Source of the DNA: a virus
Taxonomy: Duplodnaviria > Heunggongvirae > Uroviricota > Caudoviricetes
IMG/VR virus record: IMGVR_UViG_2795385955_000003
DNA: 64,000 nt
Reading direction: 5' to 3' (one strand)
Made by a program: the position numbers and the translations under genes. Below the pieces are notes generated by a model. The model saw only the letters and a program-made list of their open reading frames with translations. It was not told the DNA's origin and did not search any database. The stretch's first letter is position 1, and each line of letters starts with the position of its first letter. This document shows, piece after piece, positions 1 to 8,880 of the stretch.

Positions 1-1044
1 CTAGCGCCAGGCGCGCGCGAACTTCAGGAACGCGTCGTTCTCCATCGGTGCTCCGATGGTCACCCGGACGCCATCGGTTCCAAAGGGGCGCACAATGATT
101 CGAGCCTCGGCGGAGGCTTGCGCGAATTCGGTGGAGCGCTCGCCCAGCGGCAACCACACGAAGTTCGCCTGCGACGGCGGCACCTGATAGCCGGCTTCGC
201 GCAGCGCGCTGGTCACCCGGGCGCGTTCGGTGACAACGTCATTGGTGCGCGCGAGCAGCTCCTCGGCGGCGCCGAGGGAAGCCACGGCGGCAGCTTGCGC
301 GAGGCTCGACGCGCTGAACGGTACGTACACCTTGCCCAGTGTGGTGATCACATCGGGATCGCCGACCGCGTAGCCGACTCGCAGCCCCGCCAGGCCGTAT
401 GCCTTTGAGAAGGTGCGTAAGACAACGACATTGGGGTGCTCACGCACCAGTGCGAGGCTGTCGGTGAAGTCCTCGCGCACGTACTCGACGTATGCCTCGT
501 CGATCGCGATCAGGATATGCGGCGGCACCGACTCGACGAACCGCCGCAGTTCGGCGGGCCGCACCACGGTGCCGGTCGGGTTGTTGGGGTTGCAGACGAA
601 GATCAGCCGGGTGACGTCGGTTACGGCGGCCGCCATGGCGGCGAGGTCATAGGTGTGGTCGACCAGCGGTACCTGCACCGGAGTCGCCCCCGCGACCCGC
701 ACCACCAACGGATAGGTCTCAAAGGACCGCCAGCCGAACAGCACCTCGTCGCCCACCGTTGCGGTGATCTGGACCAGCTGCTGGCATAGGCTCACCGACC
801 CGCACCCCACCGCGATGTGTTCGGGTGGCATGTCGACATGCTTGGCCAGGTGCGAGCGCAGCTCGGCGTAGCCGTTATCGGGGTACCGATTGATCAGCGA
901 CCCCGCCTCGGCGAGGGCGGCCCGCACGCTCGGCAGCGGCTCCTGCACGGTTTCATTACTGGCGAGCTTGATGGCGCCGGGGACGTTTCGGCCCGGTGTG
1001 TAGGCCGGTAGTTCGGTCAGCTCGGGGCGAAGTCGTGCGGGCAC
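1..1044 (-). CDS. hisC: histidinol-phosphate / aromatic aminotransferase (class II PLP enzyme, HisC family); complete 347 aa
   Basis: Full ORF. PLP-lysine motif FSKAYGLAGLRVGY and NPNNPTG motif typical of HisC-family aminotransferases. Confidence 0.75.
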   Translation of the reverse strand: MPARLRPELTELPAYTPGRNVPGAIKLASNETVQEPLPSVRAALAEAGSLINRYPDNGYAELRSHLAKHVDMPPEHIAVGCGSVSLCQQLVQITATVGDEVLFGWRSFETYPLVVRVAGATPVQVPLVDHTYDLAAMAAAVTDVTRLIFVCNPNNPTGTVVRPAELRRFVESVPPHILIAIDEAYVEYVREDFTDSLALVREHPNVVVLRTFSKAYGLAGLRVGYAVGDPDVITTLGKVYVPFSASSLAQAAAVASLGAAEELLARTNDVVTERARVTSALREAGYQVPPSQANFVWLPLGERSTEFAQASAEARIIVRPFGTDGVRVTIGAPMENDAFLKFARAWR

Positions 1045-1180
1045 GTCACCAGACTATCGGGGCACGTGGGGCGCGATGACGACCAACGGCTTTGCCTTTG
1101 AGGCGCGCGGCCCTGTACTCTGTGCCCTCGGCGGTTCGGGATCCATTTTTATGGGTTCGGAGTCCCGCTCAGGAAGTTCA

Positions 1181-1269
1181 GGAGGCGTGCCAGAGCGGCC
1201 GAATGGGACTCACTGCTAATGAGTTGTCCCCTTTACGGGGGACCGGAGGTTCAAATCCTCTCGCCTCCG
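1181..1269 (+). tRNA. tRNA-Ser (anticodon GCU), long variable arm
   Basis: Acceptor ggaggcg/cgcctcc, D-arm, anticodon loop cuGCUaa, long variable stem-loop, T-loop ttcaaat. Confidence 0.8.
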
Positions 1270-1317
1270 CGTCGGTCTGCAGGCCAAACCTGTTGACCTG
1301 CAACAATTGAATAGTAA

Positions 1318-1393
1318 GCGCCCGTAGCTCAACGGATAGAGCATCTGACTACGGATCAGAAGGTTAGGGGTTCGAATCCCTTCGGGCGCACCA
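1318..1393 (+). tRNA. tRNA-Arg (anticodon ACG), CCA encoded; probable prophage attachment site
   Basis: Cloverleaf gcgcccg/cgggcgc, D-arm gctcaacggatagagc, anticodon arm tctga-ctACGga-tcaga, T-loop ttcgaat, 3' CCA. Minus-strand phage ORF overlaps its 3' end. Confidence 0.85.
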
Positions 1394-1658
1394 CAGACGG
1401 CCCGTCGCCCTCGGGCGGCTGCTCACCTTCGCCGTCGGCTAACCAACTAACTGGAACACCGCAGGCGAGTGCCCAGGCGTTTAGGACAATTTTCTTGGGG
1501 ACGGTCCGGCCCTTTTCGCAATTGCCAATTACTGACCGGCCGACGCCCATCATTTCGGCCAGTTGCCTTTGATCTAGTTGGGCTTCTTCCCGTGCGATCT
1601 GTAGGCGGTATCGCAGACGCATTGGGGGGATGTTCCCGGTTTCGTATGCAACGGTCAT
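1356..1658 (-). CDS. XRE-family HTH transcriptional regulator, probable prophage immunity repressor; ORF may extend to 1772
   Basis: HTH QRQLAEMMGVGRSVIGNCEKGRTVP. Divergent from a plus-strand Cro/Xis-like gene. Last ~12 codons overlap tRNA-Arg. Confidence 0.6.
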   Translation of the reverse strand: MTVAYETGNIPPMRLRYRLQIAREEAQLDQRQLAEMMGVGRSVIGNCEKGRTVPKKIVLNAWALACGVPVSWLADGEGEQPPEGDGPSVVRPKGFEPLTF

Positions 1659-1671
1659 ATGCGCATGGTAT

Positions 1672-1683
1672 GCGCGTACGCGC
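1672..1683. promoter_or_regulatory. 12-bp perfect palindrome GCGCGTACGCGC in divergent repressor/early intergenic region; candidate operator
   Basis: Seen directly, near an imperfect inverted repeat CATAGATGCGC..GCGCACTATG (1774-1798). Confidence 0.3.
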
Positions 1684-1820
1684 ACACTCGCAAGGTGGTG
1701 CAAATTGACCCGATCCGCAAACACCCCCTGATTGCTACTAAAGCCCAATAAGTTCCCTATCTGCGAAAACATCCATAGATGCGCTTGCGCGCACTATGCG
1801 AATATGCGCAAGATGGGCGT

Positions 1821-2054
1821 ATGGCCGCACCAACCGCTGAGACACCCGAGCAGCCAGACGAGATCACCGTCACCAAGGCCGCGACTACATACAACGTCTC
1901 CAAACGGACCCTCCAGGCACTCGCCGTGTCCGGCCGCATCCCTGCACGATTGGTCGGCAAGACCTACCTGCTCGACCACCAGGCAGTCCGCCTATACGCA
2001 CAGGCGCGCCAGGCCACCCGCGACCTCAACGACTACGCCCAGGCCGCGTCATGA
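1821..2054 (+). CDS. small HTH DNA-binding protein (excisionase/MerR-like or Cro-like); alternative start 1779
   Basis: HTH ITVTKAATTYNVSKRTLQALAVSGRIPARLVGKTYLL. Divergent from the repressor. Confidence 0.45.
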   Translation: MAAPTAETPEQPDEITVTKAATTYNVSKRTLQALAVSGRIPARLVGKTYLLDHQAVRLYAQARQATRDLNDYAQAAS

Positions 2055-2965
2055 GCACCGTCGCAGCCACCGCCATGTCCCCGTCGGCCGCTCGTGACCT
2101 CACCGAGCGCATCCGCACCACCATTGACCGCGCCTGGGACCTCATCGCCAAGGCATACACAGACCGCGCCTGGGCTGTCCTCGGATACCCGACCTGGGAC
2201 GTCTACTGCGAACGCGAGTTCGGGTCCACCTGGTTCAAGCTGCCCCGCGAGACCCGCGGCGAGGTAGTGCAGTCCCTGCGCGACCTCGGCCTGTCCACGC
2301 GCGCCATCGGCTCCGCGATAGGGGTCGATGACCGCACCGTCCGCCGCGACCTGTCAGGCGCGGCATCTGCCGCACCTGCGGCTGTCATGGGCACCGACGG
2401 CAAGACGTACGCGTCCACCCAGCCTGTCCGCCCTCACCTGGCCGTCGTGCCAGACCTCCCCACAACCGAAGACCACCCGGAGACCGCCCCGATGTGCGAA
2501 GGCGGGACGGCCTCCGGGGTTCCACTGACCCCGTCGCTACTCATGACCGGCGACGGGTACTCAGTCGTGCACAACGCACCCGTGACCGACGGTGTAGAGC
2601 CGACCCTCACCTCGTTCGCCATGTGCCCCTGCGGCGCCCGAGCCGAGCTGTACGACAACGCGACCCAGGAAGACCGCGAACGCTTCGACGAGTTCGACGA
2701 CATCCACCGCTACTGCGACGACCTGACAGAACCTGTCGCGGCAGAACCGGAACCCGAGCCAGCGCCAGCCCCAGCGCGCCGGAAACCGATCACAGACTCC
2801 TTCGACGACGCCACCACGGCAGTCACGAAGGCGGTGAAGCGGGTAGAGGCACTGGCGGCCGACGACCGCTTCGACAAGAACGCGGACCAACTCGCCCTTC
2901 GCAAGAGCGACCTGGTCCGCGCACGAGACGCGCTGCAACGCGTCATCGAGAAGTTCCCCTCGTAA
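2051..2965 (+). CDS. hypothetical phage protein with HTH-like segment
   Basis: 304-aa ORF with coding-consistent codon usage. LRDLGLSTRAIGSAIGVDDRTVRRDL. Confidence 0.5.
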   Translation: MSTVAATAMSPSAARDLTERIRTTIDRAWDLIAKAYTDRAWAVLGYPTWDVYCEREFGSTWFKLPRETRGEVVQSLRDLGLSTRAIGSAIGVDDRTVRRDLSGAASAAPAAVMGTDGKTYASTQPVRPHLAVVPDLPTTEDHPETAPMCEGGTASGVPLTPSLLMTGDGYSVVHNAPVTDGVEPTLTSFAMCPCGARAELYDNATQEDRERFDEFDDIHRYCDDLTEPVAAEPEPEPAPAPARRKPITDSFDDATTAVTKAVKRVEALAADDRFDKNADQLALRKSDLVRARDALQRVIEKFPS

Positions 2966-2985
2966 CCACAACAAGGAGTTGCTTC

Positions 2986-3849
2986 ATGTCGAATGCTATA
3001 CCGCTGCACCGGCCACCGGCCATCACGACGGACATCGAAACCATCGACGGCCCGACCGCCGACGCGTACCTCAAGTTCAACACCCACAACCGCCCCCTCA
3101 ACGAGCGCAAGGTCATCCAGCTGGCCGCCGACATGGAGGCAGGCCGTTGGCAGATGAACGGCGAGGCAATCAAATTCGATACCGAGGGCGCTCTGCTGGA
3201 CGGCCAGCACCGCCTACACGCCGTCTCCTTGTGCGGTGTGTCCATCGACTCGGTCGTTGTCCGTAACCTGCCGCCTGAAACCCAGATCACTATGGATCAG
3301 GGCACCAAACGGTCACCCAGCGACCAACTCAACCTGTCCGGCATCACCGCCTCCAAGTCCGATGCCTCGGCCGTCAAGACGCTGATCATCTGGGAGCGCG
3401 GCTGGTTCTACACCGACCGCGCCACCGGCGCAGTCACCAGCTCTGAGATCGTCGAATGGACCCTCGCCAACCCCGACACCTTTGAGTTGATCAGGCGCGG
3501 CACCCACTACACGCGCATCAAGGCGCGCCGCGGCCTCATCATGGCCGTCTACGCGGGCATCGGACGCACCCACGGTGTCGAGGTCACCTCCGAATTCTTC
3601 CAACGCGCCCTCGACGGCGTCGGTCTCGCCGTCGGCTCGCCAATCCTTGCACTGCGCAACAGGTTCGACCGTGTTCGTGGCGAGGGCTTCAAGATGCCCG
3701 ACGCCGAGGCCATCGGCTACTTCGTCGCCGCCTTCAACCACTGGCTATCCGACCACCACGTGGCCCGGTTGCAGCAGCCCAAGGGAGGCTGGAACAAGAC
3801 CAATTTCCCGCAGCTCATCGGCGCGCCAGCGCAGGAAGTACTCCGATGA
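2986..3849 (+). CDS. ParB-like nuclease domain protein
   Basis: RBS aaggag. ParB N-domain motifs ...LLDGQHRLHAV... Confidence 0.6.
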   Translation: MSNAIPLHRPPAITTDIETIDGPTADAYLKFNTHNRPLNERKVIQLAADMEAGRWQMNGEAIKFDTEGALLDGQHRLHAVSLCGVSIDSVVVRNLPPETQITMDQGTKRSPSDQLNLSGITASKSDASAVKTLIIWERGWFYTDRATGAVTSSEIVEWTLANPDTFELIRRGTHYTRIKARRGLIMAVYAGIGRTHGVEVTSEFFQRALDGVGLAVGSPILALRNRFDRVRGEGFKMPDAEAIGYFVAAFNHWLSDHHVARLQQPKGGWNKTNFPQLIGAPAQEVLR

Positions 3850-4124
3850 CCGCCGTTCCGTTGTGCGGAGGTGGCGGCAACTGGGCGACCGATGGCACAG
3901 AGTCGAGCGTCCGGACACGGCCCACCATGGATGTTGTCGCACGCATTGTGAACCCCACACACATGCTCCCGGCGCATATCAGGGTGGACCTAACCGCCAC
4001 TGCCAGGCGAGATCTCGGTGTCGACTGGGGCGATATCAACACCGCAGACCTCCAGTCGGCTCGCCGGGTACTGACGCTCGTAGCGCGGCTGATAGACGCC
4101 CTGCGAACCTTGGAGGCGAAGTAG
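3846..4124 (+). CDS. hypothetical protein
   Basis: ORF with overlapping stop/start coupling. Confidence 0.4.
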   Translation: MTAVPLCGGGGNWATDGTESSVRTRPTMDVVARIVNPTHMLPAHIRVDLTATARRDLGVDWGDINTADLQSARRVLTLVARLIDALRTLEAK

Positions 4125-4224
4125 ATGATCCGCGAGGTTGTGGTCCCTCTGTTCTGGATGCTGCTGTTCGGAGCCTTCGTTGGCGTCGTCCTCACGGTCA
4201 ACGTCATGGCGGCCCGGTGATGAC

Positions 4225-4581
4225 ATGGCGCGCATCCACCAACGCCCTGAGCTGCCAATGCACCTCACGGACATCACGAGCGACCAAACCGTCGCCGACG
4301 CTGCGCGCCTGCTATCCCTCGACCCGGCAATCACCGTCGGCCGCGACCAATTATTCGACGCCATGGCCCGCGAGGAATGGATATTCCGCGGCCGTGACCA
4401 CCGCTGGATCGCCTACGCCGAATCCGTAACGCTCGGCTACCTCGCCCTCCACGACGGCGGCGAATACCAAACGCCCACAGGACAAACCAAAGAACGCCCC
4501 AAACAGATCTACCTAACCCCCAACGGCGTCGCCGAAATGCACTACCGCCTCGGCGGCAGCCAACAACTAGCACTGACCTGA
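4225..4581 (+). CDS. hypothetical protein
   Basis: ORF MARIHQRPELPMH... Confidence 0.4.
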   Translation: MARIHQRPELPMHLTDITSDQTVADAARLLSLDPAITVGRDQLFDAMAREEWIFRGRDHRWIAYAESVTLGYLALHDGGEYQTPTGQTKERPKQIYLTPNGVAEMHYRLGGSQQLALT

Positions 4582-4612
4582 TCAACCACTCACCCAGCAC
4601 AAGGAGACAGCC

Positions 4613-4762
4613 ATGCCCGTACGCGAAACCAAATGGTGGCGCCGCGCCCTATTCGGTGTCCAACCGACCCCGCCACCGACGCCCCCGAGTCCCAACCCGA
4701 TCTGGGACGAGCTTGCCGCCAAGCACGGCAGTCCGGGCGAAATCTGGGGTGCAGCAGCATGA
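4613..4762 (+). CDS. small hypothetical protein (49 aa)
   Basis: Strong RBS aaggagacagcc before ATG. Stop overlaps next start. Confidence 0.35.
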   Translation: MPVRETKWWRRALFGVQPTPPPTPPSPNPIWDELAAKHGSPGEIWGAAA

Positions 4763-5186
4763 TTGAGAACACCTCGCAACGTCACCCCATCGAGCACCTA
4801 GCTGGCTGCCTGGACGGCAACACCTCCAACTACATCGAGGGTATGGAGCGAACTGGGCAACAGCAGCTCCTCAAGTCCGACCTCCTCCCTGCCAACGCCG
4901 GGCGGGTGTGGTCAGGCGAGGGCGGCGCAATGCTCGACATCAGTGGCTGGGATGTTCTGGAACAGTGGGGATTCCAACGCGGCGAACGCGTTGAGGGCGA
5001 CCTGCTATTCGTTCGGGCCACCCTCCCGGAGGGGTGGTCACGCAAGGGCAGTGAACACGCCATGCACTCAACCATCGTCGACGACCGCGGCGTAGAACGC
5101 GTCAGCGTCTTCTACAAGGCCGCCTTCTACGACCGCCGCGCCAGTATGTCCGTGATCACCGACCCCGGAGGCAAAGCGACGCCGCC
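4759..5186 (+). CDS. hypothetical protein; C-terminus uncertain, no in-frame stop before a frame change near 5187
   Basis: ORF MIENTSQRHPIEH... Frame continues Arg-rich and non-coding-like after ~5187. Confidence 0.35.
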
Positions 5187-5351
5187 GTGGCCCTGCCGGA
5201 CGAATGGGCGCTGCTCACCACCGAAGAGCGCGACGGATTCCGAGGCGCGCTCGATAGCTATCTGCGTCGAGCCGAAGAGTATCCAGACATCTACGAGGAC
5301 CGAGTGCCCCGTGTGCGTAGCCTCCTGGCGCTGGTGGAGGCCGCAGCATGA
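5187..5351 (+). CDS. small hypothetical protein (54 aa), or C-terminal part of the upstream gene after a frameshift
   Basis: GTG start. VALPDEWALLTTEERDGFRGALDSYLRR... Stop overlaps next ATG. Confidence 0.3.
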   Translation: MALPDEWALLTTEERDGFRGALDSYLRRAEEYPDIYEDRVPRVRSLLALVEAAA

Positions 5352-5647
5352 TTCGCCAACTTCCCGCCGCCGCTATGGCTGCCGCGCTGGCGCTCGCTAC
5401 CGCAGCGCCTGCGTCGGCCGACAGGGTAAACGACGTCGCCAATGACATCGGCGGCGCAGTCTGCGTCATCGTCGGCGCCGACCCAACCTTCCACGGCATC
5501 AACAGCATCGGCCGGGCGCTCAACCAACGGGGGTTCACCGACCAGGCCGCCGGACGCGTCATCGCTCTCTCGGTATCCGCCTACTGCCCATGGCATCAAC
5601 CACTCATCGACCTGTACACCAAGGCATCCCGCTGGAGGACTGCATGA
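5348..5647 (+). CDS. small secreted protein with signal peptide
   Basis: N-terminus MIRQLPAAAMAAALALATAAPASA-DR. Ala-rich h-region and AxA site. Confidence 0.5.
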   Translation: MIRQLPAAAMAAALALATAAPASADRVNDVANDIGGAVCVIVGADPTFHGINSIGRALNQRGFTDQAAGRVIALSVSAYCPWHQPLIDLYTKASRWRTA

Positions 5648-6216
5648 GCCGCGACGTATGGGTCATCGACCTGGAGACAACCGGACTCGACCGGGCCGTC
5701 CACCTACCCGTGGAAGTGGCCGCGATCAACCTCAAGAACGGACGCGAAATCCACTTCGTGCCCTTCATCACCGGCGAGGCACTAGGACAAGCGGACCGAG
5801 AAGCCATGCGGATCAACAAATACCACGAGCGAGCGCTGTACAAAGACCAGCTCGACCGCAACAACTCGATTCGCTGCTACCAAGACCTGTTCGAGTTGTT
5901 GCACGGCCAAACATTGGCAGGCGCCAACCCCAGGTTCGACGCCGACATGCTCCTCAACGGATACGCGTGGCAGCTAGAACAGGGGCCACTCGTAGCCGGG
6001 GTCAGCACCCGCATCGAAGAGCCCTGGCACCACCGGCTCGCAGACCTATGTGCTTACACCGCAGGCCAACTCGACATCTCGCCGGACGACATACCCGGCC
6101 TCGCCAAGGTCTGCGAACTCGTCGGCGTCACCAACGAAGCCGAACACACCGCGATAGCTGACGCCCGCGCAACCGTCCAATGCTTCCGCCGCCTCTACCC
6201 CGGGAAGGACCAATGA
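5644..6216 (+). CDS. DnaQ-like 3'-5' exonuclease (DEDDh family)
   Basis: Exo I motif VIDLETTGL. Exo III motif HTAIADARAT. Confidence 0.7.
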   Translation: MSRDVWVIDLETTGLDRAVHLPVEVAAINLKNGREIHFVPFITGEALGQADREAMRINKYHERALYKDQLDRNNSIRCYQDLFELLHGQTLAGANPRFDADMLLNGYAWQLEQGPLVAGVSTRIEEPWHHRLADLCAYTAGQLDISPDDIPGLAKVCELVGVTNEAEHTAIADARATVQCFRRLYPGKDQ

Positions 6217-6467
6217 ACGACCCCGTCGCACGCCACAACCAACTGGTGAGCAAGAACATCGAGATCGCCATGAGCGAACTATCGCCCATGGAGCGGCTAC
6301 GGAAGCAGACAGCCGCCAATTCCAACACCCTCGGGTACGCCGTCTTCCTGGGACTGCAACGACAGGCCAACACCTACGCCGGGACAGTGCCCGCAGACGA
6401 GGTCCAGCGTCGGCGCCGCAGGAACCGCGCGGCCCGCAAGGCGCGCCGCAGGAACCGCGCAGCATGA
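6213..6467 (+). CDS. small protein with Arg-rich tail
   Basis: ORF with C-terminal RRRRRNRAARKARRRNRAA encoded by a 17-bp direct repeat. Confidence 0.4.
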   Translation: MNDPVARHNQLVSKNIEIAMSELSPMERLRKQTAANSNTLGYAVFLGLQRQANTYAGTVPADEVQRRRRRNRAARKARRRNRAA

Positions 6468-7249
6468 GGAAAGAATGCACCCGCCCCAACTGCACCGAGT
6501 TGGTGCAGGCCCGCGGGCTGTGCCCCACCCACTACGCAAAGTACCGGCGCCTCGCCGTCTCCGACGGCCGCTGGAGCCCACTACACGTACCAGCGGACGA
6601 CACCCGCACCCGCGTCCTCGCCCTCATGGCAGCGGGCGTCGGCATATCCCGAATCGCGGAACTAGCTGGAGTGACCCACCGCGCCATCGACTTCCTGACC
6701 AGGGAAGACCAACGGCTGGTGAAACGGACCACCCGCGCCGCCATCCTCGCTATCCCGGTGCCTGTATGTCCGTTTGGGCCGCAGATGGCCGCTGGCGCGC
6801 GGATCGATGCCACCGGTTCACGGCGCCGCGTCCTGGCCCTTTCCGCGGTCGGATGGTCTCAACAGCACCTCTCGGTACGCCTCGGGCTAGACCCCGGCGG
6901 CCTGTCCAAGGTCGCGACGGGCGCCGTCAAGAAGGTCACGGTGGCCCGCGCCCGAGAGATCGACGCGCTGTACCGCGAGTTGCAGGAGGTCCCAGGTCCT
7001 TCCGACGTCGCACGGCGCATCGCCACGCAGAGGGGATGGCCGCCGCCGGTGGCATGGGACGACACCGAAATCGACGACCCAGCGGCAACGGCCCACGTCC
7101 GCGGAGGGCAGGTCGTGTGGATCGACCTGTACCGCGACTACCTCGACCTCGGACTGTCCAACGACGAGATCGCCGAACGCATGGGAGTCACAACGGAATC
7201 CGTCGAGGCACGGCTCAAGCGACTACGCAAGAAGGGCATAGCGGCATGA
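6464..7249 (+). CDS. multi-HTH DNA-binding protein (sigma-70 region-4-like repeats)
   Basis: Repeated HTH-like segments (LMAAGVGISRIAELAGV, LSAVGWSQQHLSVRLGL, DEIAERMGVTTESVEARLKRLRKKG) and N-terminal Cys cluster. Confidence 0.5.
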   Translation: MRKECTRPNCTELVQARGLCPTHYAKYRRLAVSDGRWSPLHVPADDTRTRVLALMAAGVGISRIAELAGVTHRAIDFLTREDQRLVKRTTRAAILAIPVPVCPFGPQMAAGARIDATGSRRRVLALSAVGWSQQHLSVRLGLDPGGLSKVATGAVKKVTVARAREIDALYRELQEVPGPSDVARRIATQRGWPPPVAWDDTEIDDPAATAHVRGGQVVWIDLYRDYLDLGLSNDEIAERMGVTTESVEARLKRLRKKGIAA

Positions 7250-7458
7250 CAGCACGCAAAAAGGCCAAGCCGCTACCTGGTGCCATAACCACCCAGGAAC
7301 GCAACGACGGCACCGGTTGGAGCTGGCGCTGGTTCTCCAACAAGGGCAACGTGCACTTTCACCCGGGACCGTTCCCAACTACCGCTGCTGCGCGTGCCGC
7401 AGCCCGTAAGTGGGTACGAGACAACGTTCTTCGTGAGGCCCCTGGTGACGACGAATGA
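7246..7458 (+). CDS. hypothetical protein
   Basis: ORF with atga coupling to flanking genes. Confidence 0.35.
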   Translation: MTARKKAKPLPGAITTQERNDGTGWSWRWFSNKGNVHFHPGPFPTTAAARAAARKWVRDNVLREAPGDDE

Positions 7459-7640
7459 GCGCGCGTCGACGCTGCCCGGTCTGTGGTGCAACCGTGTTCC
7501 GCACACCCAAGGGCAACGTCCTGGCGCATCACGACCCACACGGCATCGCGCGCTGCCCCATGTCGTACGAGAAGTTCGACCTGTGCGAGCCGTGGACCCC
7601 ACGCGTCAAACACATCTGGGAACGGCGAGCCGTAGCGTGA
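7455..7640 (+). CDS. small zinc-ribbon protein
   Basis: CPVCG...H..HGIARCP. Confidence 0.35.
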   Translation: MSARRRCPVCGATVFRTPKGNVLAHHDPHGIARCPMSYEKFDLCEPWTPRVKHIWERRAVA

Positions 7641-7987
7641 CAACGGACGACGTCTGGGCAGAGCCGTACATATCCCAGTGGACCGAAGACCTGACTCGTG
7701 AGCACGTCAAGGGCCGGTCAATGGGCTGGTGCGAGTGGTGCGGCAAGCAGCACGGGACAGACATGCACCACCGCCGCAATCGGTCACAGGGCGGCCAGTG
7801 GCACCCGGCCAACATCGTGCACCTGTGCCGCGACTGCCACCACTGGGTCACCACCAACCCGGTGGACGCCGAAGCAGTCGGACTCACCCTCACCCACGGC
7901 CAGAACCTCTACGACACCCCCATCGCGCTGCCTCTGCACGACATCTACCTGCATGACAACTACCTACCGAAGGGCCGCAACGCATGA
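7637..7987 (+). CDS. HNH endonuclease
   Basis: CEWCG...MHHRRNRSQGG...HLCRDCHHW. Confidence 0.7.
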   Translation: MTTDDVWAEPYISQWTEDLTREHVKGRSMGWCEWCGKQHGTDMHHRRNRSQGGQWHPANIVHLCRDCHHWVTTNPVDAEAVGLTLTHGQNLYDTPIALPLHDIYLHDNYLPKGRNA

Positions 7988-8880
7988 CCGCCGCCGACAC
8001 CAAGCTGATCCCTGCCGTGGACGGTATGTATGCCGGTATCCCCGACGAGGCCTACCACGCAGACCGCGGCAGCCTGTCCTCCTCCGGCGCCCGCGCGCTC
8101 CTGGCGCCGTCATGCCCAGCGATATTCCGCCACTACCAGGACCAGCCGCGGACACCGAAGAAGGAGTACGACTTCGGCCACGCTGCCCACCTGTACGTAC
8201 TCGGCGAGGGCGGGGAGATCGTCGGGCTAGACCCGAAGGAACACGGGTTGACGAAAGACGGCAAGGTGTCCGACTCGCCTACATCGACCGCTATGTGGAA
8301 GGAGGCGGCGAAGGAGGCCCGCGCTAACGGCCAGATACCCATGCACATCGACGATGTCGCGGAGGCAAAGGCTATGGCCGCCAAGGTCCGCGAGCACCCC
8401 ATTGCCCGCATCCTGCTGGCAGACGGAACACCCGAGCTATCCGGGTACTGGCACGACCCTGAAACCGGGGTGCGACTGCGCCTCCGGCCCGACTGGCTCC
8501 CCAACCCGGGCCGCCACCGCCTGGTGGTTGTCGACTACAAGACCTCGACATCGGCGCACCCAGGTCACTTCGCCAAGGCGGCAGCCGAATACGGGTACCA
8601 CATGCAGGCCCCCTGGTACCTCGACGGGCTGGCGGCATGCGAGATAGCCGACGACGCCGCGTTCGTGTTCATCGTCCAGTCCAAGAACCCGCCCTACCTC
8701 GTGTCGGTCAACGAACTAGACCCCGCCGCAATCGATCTCGGCCGACGACGCAACCGCAAGGCCATCGACCTCTACGCGCAATGCGTTGCCAACGACGACT
8801 GGCCGGACTACGGCCAGGGCATCAACTCCATATCCCTGCCCAGCTACGCCATCTACCAGCAAGAAGGAGACCTTGACTAA
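7984..8880 (+). CDS. PD-(D/E)XK family exonuclease (RecB/Cas4/RecE-like)
   Basis: VVVDYKTS (D..K) and QAPWY (QxxxY) motifs. Immediately upstream of a putative annealing protein. Confidence 0.65.
   Translation: MTAADTKLIPAVDGMYAGIPDEAYHADRGSLSSSGARALLAPSCPAIFRHYQDQPRTPKKEYDFGHAAHLYVLGEGGEIVGLDPKEHGLTKDGKVSDSPTSTAMWKEAAKEARANGQIPMHIDDVAEAKAMAAKVREHPIARILLADGTPELSGYWHDPETGVRLRLRPDWLPNPGRHRLVVVDYKTSTSAHPGHFAKAAAEYGYHMQAPWYLDGLAACEIADDAAFVFIVQSKNPPYLVSVNELDPAAIDLGRRRNRKAIDLYAQCVANDDWPDYGQGINSISLPSYAIYQQEGDLD

Noticed and set aside
118-1011. Plus-strand ORFs inside the hisC locus
   Set aside because: Antisense to a complete conserved aminotransferase gene. Their composition is non-coding-like.
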